Shown here piece by piece: positions 17,043-27,772 of a stretch of DNA of 64,000 bases. This DNA is from Candidatus Bathyarchaeota archaeon (GTDB lineage Archaea > Thermoproteota > Bathyarchaeia > 40CM-2-53-6), in NCBI GenBank assembly GCA_005884195.1, contig VBBP01000051.1, positions 1,550-65,549 of the forward strand, written 5' to 3'. Numbering within the stretch: position 1 is the stretch's first letter; every line of letters starts with the position of its first letter. Below the pieces are notes generated by a model. That model had not been told where the DNA came from. It searched no databases and was given only the letters and a program-made list of their open reading frames with translations. A program made the position numbers and the translations under genes.

Positions 17043-17199
17043 TTCGTGCTGTCGATTGATCCTTTTCACCCTTGGTTAGCAATTGTCGTGCAAGTCTGTT
17101 TTTTCGGAGAGTACGGAAAGTATGTTCGTGAGCAGTTTCTTGGAAGAGGAGTATAACTAGGCCCTCATTCGATCCAATCTTGATGGATGACGTGGCGGT

Positions 17200-17373
17200 T
17201 TGATCTGTAACGAGTGTGAGGAGTCTCAAGCGTTTCCAAAAGATATAGTTGAGCTTGAATCCGCACTGGGCATTTCCCGCAAGGAGCTGATGGCCGAGAT
17301 GGAAAAGGGAAAACGATGCGTTCTCTGTGGATCAGTTCTTGATGAGGCTACGGTGGCTGGGACTATTGAGTGA
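17200..17373 (+). CDS. Small putative Zn-binding protein, 57 aa (not in ORF track)
   Basis: TTG start; MICNECEESQAFPKDIVELESALGISRKELMAEMEKGKRCVLCGSVLDEATVAGTIE with two CxxC. Confidence 0.6.
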   Translation: MICNECEESQAFPKDIVELESALGISRKELMAEMEKGKRCVLCGSVLDEATVAGTIE

Positions 17374-17990
17374 GATTGGTGTCCCCAGGTAATCTTGAGT
17401 TTAAGCGCTGACCGGTCATCGTTTCTTTGTATAGCTACCGGCATGCGGCTAGAGCGCGCGTCTTTTCTCCGGTTCGGGCGTTTGCGGTCTTTGATGTCGC
17501 CTCCAAAGTACGATATTTGCCGAGAAACGGAGGCCTCCGAATCTGTGCTGTGAAAAAGTGCGGAAAGAGGTTTTTTATGAAGATTTTAGCCTGAAATATC
17601 GGCTGTTTCGATGAATAAACTCAGAATACAATAGTTTTATATTGTAAACAATGATATAGCACCTAATAGGTGAATTTGTACGCCTAGTAAGCCAAAGAAG
17701 AAGAGTAAGAAGTAGAAGTGGGGCTTCTTGCTCTATCGGCTTCAATACCCACGTTTTTTCTGAATTCGTCTTCATTATCGGTCTTAAACCACCTTGTGTC
17801 CCTTCTCTTGATCAATTATGACGTTTGAGTTTGCTGACTAAGTCGAAGAGGTTCGGCTAGCCGCTCGTACGATGATGTCCATCGATCTAATGGAAACCGC
17901 ACGTGCCTGAATCATCTTGTCAGTTTCAAGCGATGGCTTGTCGCTCGCGTTGACGAGTTCAGTCTGAGTTGAGCTTCGAAGATCCAGAGT

Positions 17991-18713
17991 CTATTTTTGA
18001 CATTGAACTACGTGCTCGAACGGGAGTTCAATCCCCTTCCGTTTGAGCAGTTTATCATATCGTTTGAGTAAGGTTTCGGTAGCACCCCAACCTCGTAGTT
18101 CCTTGATCGCGTTCACATATCCGAAATGGATCGTCGTTCCGAAATAGGTTACTTGAAACTTGTCGAAGCCGACTCTTCTCATTATCGCAAAAAGCTGGTC
18201 AGGAGTCCAAGATGGCCAGTGCTTTACGAGAAAAGCTTGGGGTTCTACTGCAGGGGAAGATGACCACTCACCGTGGATCATGAAGCCTCTGGGTCGGAGA
18301 ATACGATAAAACTCGCCCAGAGCCTTTTCGAGTTGCGAGTCATAAGGAAGGTCACACAGCAGCTCGTTCGAAACTATAATGTCAACGCTCTCGTCCTCGA
18401 CGCCTCTAATCCTCTTGGCGTCGGATCTAATCAGTCGAACGCGTTTCCCCAATTCGGTTTTCCGTAGGGCTTTGCCCAGCTCGTCCAACCAACCCGAATA
18501 TGGTCCTCTGGATGAGTCTACGGCGATCATTTCCACGCGGTTAGGAACCCTTCTGAGCAAGGGTATTGTTAGCTGACCTTTGCCGCATCCGGCTTCAAGA
18601 ATTGTTCGGAATTTCCTCTGACCGATCTGGCTCAGGAAGTGTCCTGCTAACCGATCATAGTACTTGGCCCAGGCTCCTACAAGTTGCTCCGGGCCACTGG
18701 CGTTAATTTTCAT
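17991..18713 (-). CDS. Class I SAM methyltransferase
   Basis: ILEAGCGKG, AVDSS, ESVDIIVS, EFYRILRPRG; start uncertain (18713 or 18794). Confidence 0.85.
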   Translation of the reverse strand: MKINASGPEQLVGAWAKYYDRLAGHFLSQIGQRKFRTILEAGCGKGQLTIPLLRRVPNRVEMIAVDSSRGPYSGWLDELGKALRKTELGKRVRLIRSDAKRIRGVEDESVDIIVSNELLCDLPYDSQLEKALGEFYRILRPRGFMIHGEWSSSPAVEPQAFLVKHWPSWTPDQLFAIMRRVGFDKFQVTYFGTTIHFGYVNAIKELRGWGATETLLKRYDKLLKRKGIELPFEHVVQCQK

Positions 18714-19017
18714 CCCTTTTTTGCCCGGTCCTAATTCTGGACACAACTGAAACATACCGGTCTTGTGATGGGCGGTCATAAACTTCGCCGCCATAGGTGC
18801 TCGATGCTGAGATCCTCAGAACACGCCTTACCCTCCTGCCAAAAAAAGGGACAGTTCTACTATCGACAAGGCAGAAGGAGTCGCGAGAGAGTTCCACAGG
18901 TCCGATTTTCAGACGGCTCTCTCAACCCTGAATCCTATGGTTCGCGCTTATGGAGAATCCACCTGCATATGTTTATCTTAGGAAGCCCACTCACGAGGGT
19001 CCAGAATCTGATTAGAA

Positions 19018-20676
19018 ATGTCGGAAACACCTGTTCTAATTCTGAGGGAAGGCACCTCCCGGTCTAGAGGACGCGACGCCCAGAGAAGCAACATAATGGC
19101 CGCCAAAATAGTCGCCGAGATTGTCCGGTCGACCATGGGACCCCGAGGGATGGACAAGATGCTGGTCGCAGGCATGGGGGACATTGTGATCACAAACGAC
19201 GGGGCTACTATCATGAAGGAAATGGATGTCCAGAACCCTGCTGCTAAGATGATTGTAGAGATATCGAAAACCCAAGACAGTGAAGTGGGCGATGGAACGA
19301 CAACCGCAGTAGTCCTAGCCGGCGAATTGCTCGCGGGAGCGGAGACTCTTCTTGACAAAGATGTTCATCCCAACGCGATCATTGACGGCTACAGGAATGC
19401 GGCAGGAAAGGCTCAAGAGATTCTAGAGAAAATCGCTATCGCGATCAAGCCTGACGATGAGTTGCGGCTTAAGCAGGTCGCGATGACCTCCCTCAACACA
19501 AAAGGTATCTTCGGTTCTCAGAATCGTTTCGCCGAGCTTGCTGTTGAAGCGGTCATGCAGGTAACTGAGAAGAATAATGGCAAGATGAAGGCGGACATCG
19601 ATCTTGTCAAGGTGATGAAGAAGCACGGAAAAAGCCTAGAGGAAAGCGAACTGGTAAACGGGATAATTATCGACAAGGAAGTATCTCACTCCCAGATGCC
19701 TAAGAGCATGACTGGCGCCAAGATAGCATTGTTGAATGCGAAACTCGAGATCGAGAAGACAGAGACAGATGCCAAGATCAACATCAACAAGCCGGAAGAA
19801 ATGTACCAGTTCATACAGGAAGAAGAAAAACTCCTCCGGGACATGGCTGATCAAGTGGCCAAGACTGGCGCAAATGTCCTATTTAGTGAGAAGAGCGTTG
19901 ACGACGAAGTTCTATCTCTTCTCTCCAAGAAGGGTATCCTTACTGTCAAGAATGTCAGTAGTAGCGACATGGAGAAACTAGCGAAGGCGACAGGCGGTAG
20001 CGTGGTCGGAACTACTAGGGATCTCTCCAAAGAGGCCCTTGGCTACGCTAAGCTGGTTGAAGAGGTCAGAATTGGTGATGACAAGCTCGTCTATGTCCGT
20101 GAGGCGAAGAATCCTAAGGCAGTAACCATCATGATTAGAGGTGGCTCAGAGCATGTCGTTGACGAGGCGGAAAGATCCCTCCACGATGCACTATCCGTTG
20201 TTAGAAATGCGGTAGAAGACGGAAAGATAGTCGCTGGTGGAGGCGCCCCGGAAATTGAGCTTTCCAAGCGACTTCGAGAATACGCGATAAAAGTTGGAGG
20301 CCGGGAACAACTCGCCGTTACAGCATTTGCGGAAGCCCTGGAATCCATACCGGTGGCGATTGCTCAGAACGCGGGAATCAATCCGATAGACATACTCGTT
20401 GACCTCAAATCGAAACATAACAGCGCGCAGAACATTTGGTTCGGAGTCAACACAAAGACCGGAAAGGCAAGCGACATGCTGAAGATGGACGTGGTTGAAC
20501 CACTACGAGTAAAGACACAGGTGATCAAGTCAGCAGTTGAGGCTGTGACGATGATCCTTAGGGTCGACGATGTGTTCGCGTCAAAGGGTGGAAGCACGCC
20601 AAGCCCAGGTGGTCCTGGAGGAATGCCCCCGGGTATGGGTGGCGGAATGCCTCCTGGCATGATGGGCGGAATGTAA
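19018..20676 (+). CDS. ths: Thermosome subunit (group II chaperonin)
   Basis: [31 protein letters not shown]-rich tail. Confidence 0.98.
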   Translation: MSETPVLILREGTSRSRGRDAQRSNIMAAKIVAEIVRSTMGPRGMDKMLVAGMGDIVITNDGATIMKEMDVQNPAAKMIVEISKTQDSEVGDGTTTAVVLAGELLAGAETLLDKDVHPNAIIDGYRNAAGKAQEILEKIAIAIKPDDELRLKQVAMTSLNTKGIFGSQNRFAELAVEAVMQVTEKNNGKMKADIDLVKVMKKHGKSLEESELVNGIIIDKEVSHSQMPKSMTGAKIALLNAKLEIEKTETDAKININKPEEMYQFIQEEEKLLRDMADQVAKTGANVLFSEKSVDDEVLSLLSKKGILTVKNVSSSDMEKLAKATGGSVVGTTRDLSKEALGYAKLVEEVRIGDDKLVYVREAKNPKAVTIMIRGGSEHVVDEAERSLHDALSVVRNAVEDGKIVAGGGAPEIELSKRLREYAIKVGGREQLAVTAFAEALESIPVAIAQNAGINPIDILVDLKSKHNSAQNIWFGVNTKTGKASDMLKMDVVEPLRVKTQVIKSAVEAVTMILRVDDVFASKGGSTPSPGGPGGMPPGMGGGMPPGMMGGM

Positions 20677-20682
20677 TAAGCG

Positions 20683-20806
20683 TCCCCCTCAAGATAACCG
20701 AATGGCTTTCCCGCTCTCCAAAAGAGGGGGTCGGAGTCTTGCTCCTCTAACGGTTCTTTCCTTTTTTCGGGCCTTCTCTGCCCGCCATCTTCTTCTTTTT
20801 CTTCTG
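20683..20806 (+). terminator. Stem plus oligo-T tracts after the thermosome gene
   Basis: CCCCCTC/GAGGGGG inverted repeat followed by TTCTTTCCTTTTTT and TCTTTTTTCTT. Confidence 0.5.
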
Positions 20807-20937
20807 CCAATCGGGACGCGTCATGGTTTCTTCTGAAACAAGGGTGTGCCCCTTCACGTATATCTATCCGATCCTTCGGACATTGAAAGCAAGATTCGGA
20901 GTCAAACTACTTATTTTGTGAGGAACAACAGTTACTC

Positions 20938-22101
20938 ATGTTGACCACCGAGCAGAATCACGTTCAATTGCATGGATCGCTGGACCGCCATGATAACGTT
21001 CTGAGCGATGATGAGAAATGGAAAATTGTTCTATCTAGAGATGACCGCTTCGACGGAGATTTCGTCTTCGCCGTTCGCTCGACCAGGATCTACTGTAAAC
21101 CATCATGTCCAGCGAGGCGTCCGGGCAAGTTACAGGTTGCATTCTTTCCTGGATCATTTGAAGCCGAACAGTTCGGTTTCCGGCCATGTCACCGTTGTCA
21201 GCCCCGGGAAACTGGACCGTCTTCGAAGGCCAAGCTGGTAGATCAAGTTTGCAGATACATCGAGGACAATCTTCGAGGAAAACTTAGCCTTGTAATCCTC
21301 AGTCGTCAGGCTGGCCTTAGCCCCTATCATTTCCAGCGGACTTTCAAGAAGGTTCTCGGGATCTCGCCTCGTGAGTATGTCAAAGCTCGCCGCCTCGCTA
21401 GGATGAAGCGGTTTCTAAGAAATGGGGAAACGGTGAACAGCTCATTGTACAATGCTGGCTTCTCTTCCCGAAGTCGTGTATATGAGAATGTTCCCGGTGG
21501 ATTGGGGGTAAATCCAGGAGAATTTCGCCGAGGCGGTGAAGGCTTGCGGATTCGATACAGCATTATCGACTCCCCCCTAGGTCGGCTCTTGGTTGCAGCG
21601 ACAGAAAGAGGCGTATGCGGTGTCTGTATTGGGGACTCGGATGCGTTTGTCGAGAACTCTCTTACGGAGGATTATCCCTCCGCAATCTTGCACCGAAGTG
21701 ACGAGGAGATGAAAGAGTGGACTAGCGCGTTCGCGAACTACTTTGATGGGGACCCTCTCGCCGTCAACCTTCCTCTCGATGTAAAGGCAACCGTGTTTCA
21801 GTCGAGGGTCTGGAAGATCATCCAATCCATTCCATTCGGCAAGACAACCACCTATAGTAAGATCGCAAAGCAGCTGGGGGAGCCCGAAGCGTCACGAGCT
21901 GTGGCAAGAGCTTGCGCAACCAACCCTGCTGCACTCGTGATTCCCTGTCATAGAGTGATTGGCAAAGACAGTAGTCTTCGCGGATATCGCTGGGGTATCG
22001 AGAGAAAACTTGCTCTCCTCAAGCTCGAGCAGACAGCTAATCCGGGTGCTATCCAAAAAAAAATAACTCGTCTGATGCACCAGCAATTGATTCTCAACTG
22101 A
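20938..22101 (+). CDS. ada: Bifunctional Ada: Zn-binding methylphosphotriester repair domain, AraC HTH and O6-methylguanine methyltransferase
   Basis: IYCKPSCPAR, FRPCHRC, LSPYHFQRTFK, IPCHRV, GYRWG. Confidence 0.95.
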   Translation: MLTTEQNHVQLHGSLDRHDNVLSDDEKWKIVLSRDDRFDGDFVFAVRSTRIYCKPSCPARRPGKLQVAFFPGSFEAEQFGFRPCHRCQPRETGPSSKAKLVDQVCRYIEDNLRGKLSLVILSRQAGLSPYHFQRTFKKVLGISPREYVKARRLARMKRFLRNGETVNSSLYNAGFSSRSRVYENVPGGLGVNPGEFRRGGEGLRIRYSIIDSPLGRLLVAATERGVCGVCIGDSDAFVENSLTEDYPSAILHRSDEEMKEWTSAFANYFDGDPLAVNLPLDVKATVFQSRVWKIIQSIPFGKTTTYSKIAKQLGEPEASRAVARACATNPAALVIPCHRVIGKDSSLRGYRWGIERKLALLKLEQTANPGAIQKKITRLMHQQLILN

Positions 22102-22201
22102 CATCGTAACTAAGCGTCAAATCATCTGCACGGTTGGAGTGCTCAGGACCTTATCAGTTACTTGCGGATCAATGTCTATACAGTGGAACTTGCTAGATAT
22201 C

Positions 22202-23050
22202 ATGGTCGATATGACAGGTAAAACCTGTATCGTTACTGGCGGGAATTCTGGGATCGGTAAAGCTACGGCTCTCGGGCTCGCAAGAATGGGAGCGACCGTC
22301 GTTATCGTCTCCCGGGGCAAGGAGAAGGGCGAGGCGGCTCTAGCTGATATTATCGCTAAGAGCGGAAACCGGAGCATTGAGCTGATGCTCGCTGACATGT
22401 CATCTCAAGACTCTGTCCGCACGTTAGCGGGTGACTTCAAGGCTAGACATGAAAGGCTGCACCTCCTGGTGAACAACGCCGGGGTCTATCTAACAAGGCG
22501 CAACACAACGGTGGATGGCCTTGAATCGACCTTTGCCACTAACCATCTCGGACCCTTTCTTTTGACTAGCCTCTTGCTTGACCTCCTCGAGGCAAGTGCC
22601 CCTTCCCGGATAGTCAACGTCTCATCGGACGCTCATAACGGCGCGAAGATTGACTTCGAGGATCTCCAAGGCCAGAAAAAGTTCTCAGGCTGGCACGCGT
22701 ATGGCCAATCGAAACTAGCAATGATACTTTTCACTCACGAGCTAGCGAAGAAGCTCGATGGCAAGGGAGTTACCGTGAATAGCGCGCATCCGGGAGTAGT
22801 CAGAACCAACTTTGCCAACAACAATGGCCTTGTCACCTTCGGATTCAGGCTGATGCGTCCGTTTTTCATAAGTCCCAAAACCGCTGCCAAAAGGATTCTC
22901 TACGTCGCTACCTCTCCTGATTTGGAAGGTGTGACTGGGAAGTATTTCAATAAGATGCGCGAGGCAAGATCCTCACAAGAATCCTATGATGATAACTCCG
23001 CCAAACGGTTGTGGCAAATGAGCGAGCAACTGACGAAACTGTCCATCTGA
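22202..23050 (+). CDS. Short-chain dehydrogenase (retinol-DH-like)
   Basis: TGGNSGIG, NNAG, YGQSK, HPGVVRT; start moved to ATG 22202. Confidence 0.93.
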   Translation: MVDMTGKTCIVTGGNSGIGKATALGLARMGATVVIVSRGKEKGEAALADIIAKSGNRSIELMLADMSSQDSVRTLAGDFKARHERLHLLVNNAGVYLTRRNTTVDGLESTFATNHLGPFLLTSLLLDLLEASAPSRIVNVSSDAHNGAKIDFEDLQGQKKFSGWHAYGQSKLAMILFTHELAKKLDGKGVTVNSAHPGVVRTNFANNNGLVTFGFRLMRPFFISPKTAAKRILYVATSPDLEGVTGKYFNKMREARSSQESYDDNSAKRLWQMSEQLTKLSI

Positions 23051-23158
23051 TTCCGCGTTCATCAACGCTCTGGTGGGCATGTGCTCCTAGACGAGGAGCG
23101 ATTCGTAAGGGCTTGATCGAGACCGCTGTTTTCTATGTTCGATGTTCCAACTGCTTCT

Positions 23159-23389
23159 CTAGTACGGCAGCGCCCTGGAAGCGATGTCGCTTTTGACATC
23201 GGTGATTAATGCTGCAGGTCCCTCGGTTCTGACTCTGAGTTCCCGTCCAGACCAGGTCGCTCGTAGGGTGGTCTTTCGTAGTTGTCTCTCATCGTCTTGT
23301 CTTAAGAATTCAAGTCCAATGAACTCCACTTCCGTTAGTTCAAAGGGTCCGACGGAAGGCACTCGCATTTCCCCTCGGTTGCGAGTCAC
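23159..23389 (-). CDS. Hypothetical protein
   Basis: 76-aa ORF with protein-like composition, codirectional with neighbours. Confidence 0.45.
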   Translation of the reverse strand: MTRNRGEMRVPSVGPFELTEVEFIGLEFLRQDDERQLRKTTLRATWSGRELRVRTEGPAALITDVKSDIASRALPY

Positions 23390-23489
23390 ACGTCAATTCG
23401 CGGGACATATTAGGCGTCATGGTACAGTTGTCTACATCTGTTCGTTACTCGGGAGGGTCCTGCGTCTCGCGTGAATCGATGGAATTAGC

Positions 23490-23780
23490 TCAGAGGGGTC
23501 CTTTGCCGAGGTCCTTCCTCGGTCTGACAACTATCGCGACGAAGAATAAGGCTAGTGCAGCGAAGTCGATTCCCACCCTAACGATACCTTCAGTCGTGGA
23601 AGGTAGAACATAGTCTACCAAAGTCTTCATGAAAAAAAGCAAGAAAGCTGCTGCGACAATGATCAGGGCGGGTTGTCTTCTTCTTGACCAGGCGTACAGG
23701 GATAACGAGAAGAGAACTAGTGCGAAGATTCCTCTGCCTATTTCCAATAGGTCAGTTGGATCGGTTGGAGTGCCTGACAT
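23490..23780 (-). CDS. Small 3-TM membrane protein
   Basis: Three hydrophobic segments; downstream of the wHTH gene with RBS GAGGAAG. Confidence 0.75.
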   Translation of the reverse strand: MSGTPTDPTDLLEIGRGIFALVLFSLSLYAWSRRRQPALIIVAAAFLLFFMKTLVDYVLPSTTEGIVRVGIDFAALALFFVAIVVRPRKDLGKGPL

Positions 23781-23824
23781 TTTCTCGCTTCCTTCCTCGT
23801 CTATCCTGATTTCTATGAGCGCGA

Positions 23825-24334
23825 TTACGCGAGTAGGTCGGCCAACCTCTCAGCCCATCTCTCCCATATTCTTGGGTGGTGCTTCTTCAGGAGGGCTAGG
23901 GTCCTGGCTCGGTCCCCGGTAATGGTATAGAACACGAAGCCACCCTCTCTCCTAGGTTGTACGAATCCAGCTCTGGATAATCTCGCCATATGCCAGTTTG
24001 TTGAACTTGCGGAGATTCGGGCGAATTCAGAGAGCTCTTTCTGGCTTGCAAGTGGGTTCTTGATGAGGTAGAGTACAAGGTCTCTCTCGGTCTCTTGGGA
24101 GAGAATGTTCAGGATCTCGCGGTCTTGCACTCCGAGGCCTTTGTCGGCGTAGAAGCGTTTGTAGAGGCCGTGGCGAACCGATAGTATGCTGCGTTCTCGT
24201 TCTAGCTTGTACAGGTGGTACTGTATGACACCCATGGCCAGGTTGAGTTCTCGTTTGATCTTTCTCAGATGGGTGCCGGGATTCGCCTTGATGAACTCAA
24301 GTATGCGGACTCTATTGGAGTCCTGAATCTGCAC
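23825..24334 (-). CDS. Double winged-helix transcription regulator
   Basis: RILEFIKANPGTHLRKIKREL...QYHL and a second HTH SQKELSE..ISASSTNWHM.RL. Confidence 0.88.
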   Translation of the reverse strand: MQIQDSNRVRILEFIKANPGTHLRKIKRELNLAMGVIQYHLYKLERERSILSVRHGLYKRFYADKGLGVQDREILNILSQETERDLVLYLIKNPLASQKELSEFARISASSTNWHMARLSRAGFVQPRREGGFVFYTITGDRARTLALLKKHHPRIWERWAERLADLLA

Positions 24335-24522
24335 TACCTCGGCTGATTGCGCCTTTGCACGCTCCGTGCATACTGCTTCTTTCGATGTGAAAAATGTTGG
24401 GGTGTGTCTGAATTGGGTGCTTGTTGCTGCTATCGGCCATGTTTCTGAAGAATTGGTAATTTGGGCTGTCTTCTGCTCGAGCCTAAAGAAAAGAGGAGTT
24501 GGAGTGGAATAGGTCTTGTGTG

Positions 24523-24924
24523 CTACATTCCGCCTGTGGATTGGAATAGGGCGAAGGTGTTTCCGTCGGGGTCCTTCAGTACTGCAAAGTATCCTACTGT
24601 TGGGATTTCTTGTTTTGCAGTGACCACTTGGGCACCTAGGCTTGTGGCTTGGGCGGCGGATTCATCGATGGAGTTGACGGAGAAATAGTTGAGGAATTGC
24701 TCGTTTGCTGCGTTGCGCTTGAATAGTCCGCCAATGGATTCGTTTGCCGGGGCGTCTTTGTGCGCAATGAGCCAGTATTCCTGTTCTCCCCATTTGGAGA
24801 ATTTCCAGTTGAAAAGTTGCTCGTAGAACTTGCTTACGTTGGCGGGGTCAGTTGCAGGTATCTCGAAATGGACTAGAGTGTGTAGCTTTGGTTGGGGTCG
24901 GGTTGTGACTGTCGATGCTTCCAT
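24523..24924 (-). CDS. VOC/glyoxalase family protein
   Basis: VHFEIPATD, FYEQLFNW, YFSV.SID, DPDGNTFAL. Confidence 0.92.
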   Translation of the reverse strand: MEASTVTTRPQPKLHTLVHFEIPATDPANVSKFYEQLFNWKFSKWGEQEYWLIAHKDAPANESIGGLFKRNAANEQFLNYFSVNSIDESAAQATSLGAQVVTAKQEIPTVGYFAVLKDPDGNTFALFQSTGGM

Positions 24925-25267
24925 AGTGTTTCAGTGGTGAGAGGAGCTCTGGTTGCGTCTCTTAAACGTGGCCTCCGCTCGTGTTAACCTGTGGCTGACT
25001 GGGAGAATCGTGAGACGCGATTGCCCGAGTAGTGATGTTAGCGCCTTCCATCACGGCGGAAGACGGTTGCCCATGGTAACCATTGACGGCGACGTTGGGG
25101 TCCCACCAGAAGCTAGCTACAGGTAACGTCCAAGGGCTTTCTGGTTGGATTCGACTCTCAGCCTTCAACTGTAACCCCATTGAGTAATTTCTGGTTATGC
25201 TAGGGATAAGGGCTGACAAGTGCACTGTCCTAGTGGGAACGAGTGCCGGCTCGATCTGGAAAAAGCG

Positions 25268-25831
25268 ATGGCCAAGGGTACTGCCGCCGTCATTCTCGTG
25301 ATACTCATCATCGGTGCAGTATCAGGGTACTTCTTCTACACGAGGTATGTTCAGGGAACAGTTGTTCTGAGTATCACGGATCCGCCTCAAGTGCAACCGG
25401 CTAATGGTCGACAATATGACCCTAGCATTCTCCACATCTACCTCACGTTCGCTACGATAGAAATCCATCAGGGAGGCTTTGGAAACTCCAGCAATAACGG
25501 CTGGTACACTATGATTGGGTCCCAGAAAACGGTGGATCTGACTTCGGTCTTGACCACCGCGAAGACTTTGGGAAGTACGAGACTCTCCACGGGAACTTAC
25601 GACCAGCTCCGTTTTCCAGTATCCGCTGCGGTGGTTACTTTTTCCAACCTTGGAAACGTTACCTATTCAATACCCAGTGATTCTCTCAAGGTCTCGATCA
25701 TAGGGGGAGGGTTCCAGAGTTCTCCAGGCACTACCGTGAATCTGAGATTGACACTGTCTTTCAATAGCAATGAGATCCTTGCCATGAACGGACACTTAAC
25801 ACCGCATGCTACGGCTCAGATAGTGCCTTGA
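25268..25831 (+). CDS. DUF4382-like membrane-anchored protein
   Basis: N-terminal TM, SITDPP, IYLTFATIEIH, L..GTYDQLRF. Confidence 0.7.
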   Translation: MAKGTAAVILVILIIGAVSGYFFYTRYVQGTVVLSITDPPQVQPANGRQYDPSILHIYLTFATIEIHQGGFGNSSNNGWYTMIGSQKTVDLTSVLTTAKTLGSTRLSTGTYDQLRFPVSAAVVTFSNLGNVTYSIPSDSLKVSIIGGGFQSSPGTTVNLRLTLSFNSNEILAMNGHLTPHATAQIVP

Positions 25832-26041
25832 TGTTTCTCTAACGGAAATATGACATTATCTCTCGGGTTGATGATGAGGTAGCCAACAACAGCAGACTTC
25901 AAGCGGGCCGTTGGGGCAGGCGGCTGCATTTCAATGTCTTGGCATTCATCTGATTGAACAGTCGCAGTCTGCGCAACGGATGTGACTGGCACCCTTTTTC
26001 GATTTAGCCAACCTTCTTCTCCCTAGAATTTCAGTATTCAT

Positions 26042-26413
26042 TCAACTACGTGGGGATGGGCTATTTTTTGGTTTCTTGGGAGGCAACCGGCTCGTCCAGT
26101 CCAGGGACCGGCTGACCCACAAGTGCACCGTCTCGGGTTGGTTCCGCCAAGCTTTCGGTATTACGACGTATTCTTTCATGGGCTTTCCTTTCATCGGTTC
26201 CAGCAATGAAGCTCCCTTCTTTTCGAGGAGTTCCTTTCGACTCTCCTCGGACACGCGCACGAATAGGTCGTCTCCAAATAGCCCTGTGAACATGTTTCCG
26301 TTAACAAACGCCGATACGTTTCCAAACATTGGCCGGATCGTGATTCGAGGGTCGTCTGGCAAGATTGACCTGAAAAATTCTTTGGAATTTTCACCAGGAC
26401 GCGGAATATGCAT
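26042..26413 (-). CDS. TfoX/Sxy N-terminal domain protein
   Basis: RPMFGN.SAFVNGNMF.G, MKEYVVIP, LPPKK. Confidence 0.88.
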   Translation of the reverse strand: MHIPRPGENSKEFFRSILPDDPRITIRPMFGNVSAFVNGNMFTGLFGDDLFVRVSEESRKELLEKKGASLLEPMKGKPMKEYVVIPKAWRNQPETVHLWVSRSLDWTSRLPPKKPKNSPSPRS

Positions 26414-26439
26414 TCGAGGGCCTCGGAATGCGAGATAAG

Positions 26440-26892
26440 CTAACTCAAGGACTTCAGCACGTTTAAGGCCTCCCCAACGTGCGCGGTGGCTCGGGTTTGG
26501 GATGAGAAGATAAGTCTGATAATTCCTTTCTTGTCTATTACAAAACTCACTCGGCCGGCAAAAAGACCGAGTGACTTCTTAACTTCGTAGGCTTTCCTTA
26601 CTGAACCGTCAGCGTCGCTGAGCAATATGAATGGCAAGTGGTGCTGTTGAGCGAAATCTCGATGAGAGTCTTGGCTGTCGGAGCTTATTCCAATAACTTC
26701 TGCCCCTAGATCATTGAACACTTCGTATGAGTCCCGGAAGCTGCAAGCCTCGGCTGTGCAGCCGCGGGTGAAGTCTTTCGGATAGAAGTATACGACTACG
26801 TTCTTCTTTCCAAGAAAGTCCTGTAGTGCAACATAACTGCCACTGCTGGTTGGCAAGCGGAAATTGGGAGCCGAGTCGCCTACAGCGAGCAG
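26440..26892 (-). CDS. bcp: Peroxiredoxin Bcp/PrxQ; probable CTG start
   Basis: YFYPKDFTRGCTAEAC; typical N-terminus (L)LAVGDSAPNFRL lies upstream of the track start. Confidence 0.92.
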   Translation of the reverse strand: MLAVGDSAPNFRLPTSSGSYVALQDFLGKKNVVVYFYPKDFTRGCTAEACSFRDSYEVFNDLGAEVIGISSDSQDSHRDFAQQHHLPFILLSDADGSVRKAYEVKKSLGLFAGRVSFVIDKKGIIRLIFSSQTRATAHVGEALNVLKSLS

Positions 26893-27002
26893 TTTCTCTA
26901 CTTCCCAAGAGGGAACGGTGACTGTAGAAGAAGAGGCTTGCGTTGATAATTGGCTCTTGGAAAGAGCTAAGCGCGTATGCGTACCAATTGGTCTTAGAGA
27001 AA

Positions 27003-27641
27003 TTGGCGCTTTCGGGAATTCTGCAGGCGGGATTGACTAAAACTCGTATTGAGGCCCTAACGGATGGGATATTTGCCACGGTGATGACGGTTCTGGTTTT
27101 GGGTCTAACAGTCCCAGGCCAAAACCTTTCCGAGTTGGAGCTTGCAAGTCAAATTAGGGGGCATTGGCCGAATTATCTCGCTTACGCGTTCAGCTTTATC
27201 GTGTTGGGCGTGTACTGGATTGGCCATCACAACCAGTTTCACTACGTCAAACAGAGCGACAGGGTATTCTTGTGGGTCAACATTCTTTTCCTCTTAACTA
27301 TCGGTTTTGTGCCCTTCTCCACATCTTTGCTCGGGCTGTATCCCTTCTCGCCTACTGCGGTTCGGGTCTACGGTGCGAACCTGGCTGCGACAGGGCTGGC
27401 GCTCTACGCTGTCTGGTGGTACGCAACGAGCCAGCATCGTCTTGTCGAAAAGGATCTTGACCCTCACATCGTAAGTCTAGCCAACAGGCGAATTATTGTC
27501 GGGCCAATAGTCTCTCTACTCGGGATCGGCTTCTCCTTTCTGGACACTCGGATAAGTCTCGTACTCTACCTGCTCCTAATCCCGTTCTTTATCCGACCAA
27601 GCCACATAGACACCCATTTCAGAGGAGGCTCTCACAAGTAG
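27003..27641 (+). CDS. TMEM175-family potassium channel
   Basis: RIEALTDGIFATVMTVLVL, W..HH..F, PFSTSL; about 6 TM. Confidence 0.9.
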   Translation: MALSGILQAGLTKTRIEALTDGIFATVMTVLVLGLTVPGQNLSELELASQIRGHWPNYLAYAFSFIVLGVYWIGHHNQFHYVKQSDRVFLWVNILFLLTIGFVPFSTSLLGLYPFSPTAVRVYGANLAATGLALYAVWWYATSQHRLVEKDLDPHIVSLANRRIIVGPIVSLLGIGFSFLDTRISLVLYLLLIPFFIRPSHIDTHFRGGSHK

Positions 27642-27772
27642 CCTTGCCAAGGATTCGTTGTTTTGCAGAGTCTCGCTGGCTCATGAGATAAAAGCCATCT
27701 TCCTGGATGTCGCAATGTCCTTAAAGCCCAATCTCAAATCTCGCGGCGGAATCTTAGTACGAGTTGAAGTGA

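Noticed and set aside
25865..25955. C/D box sRNA (TGATGA...CTGA)
   Set aside because: Span is too long and internal D'/C' boxes are missing.
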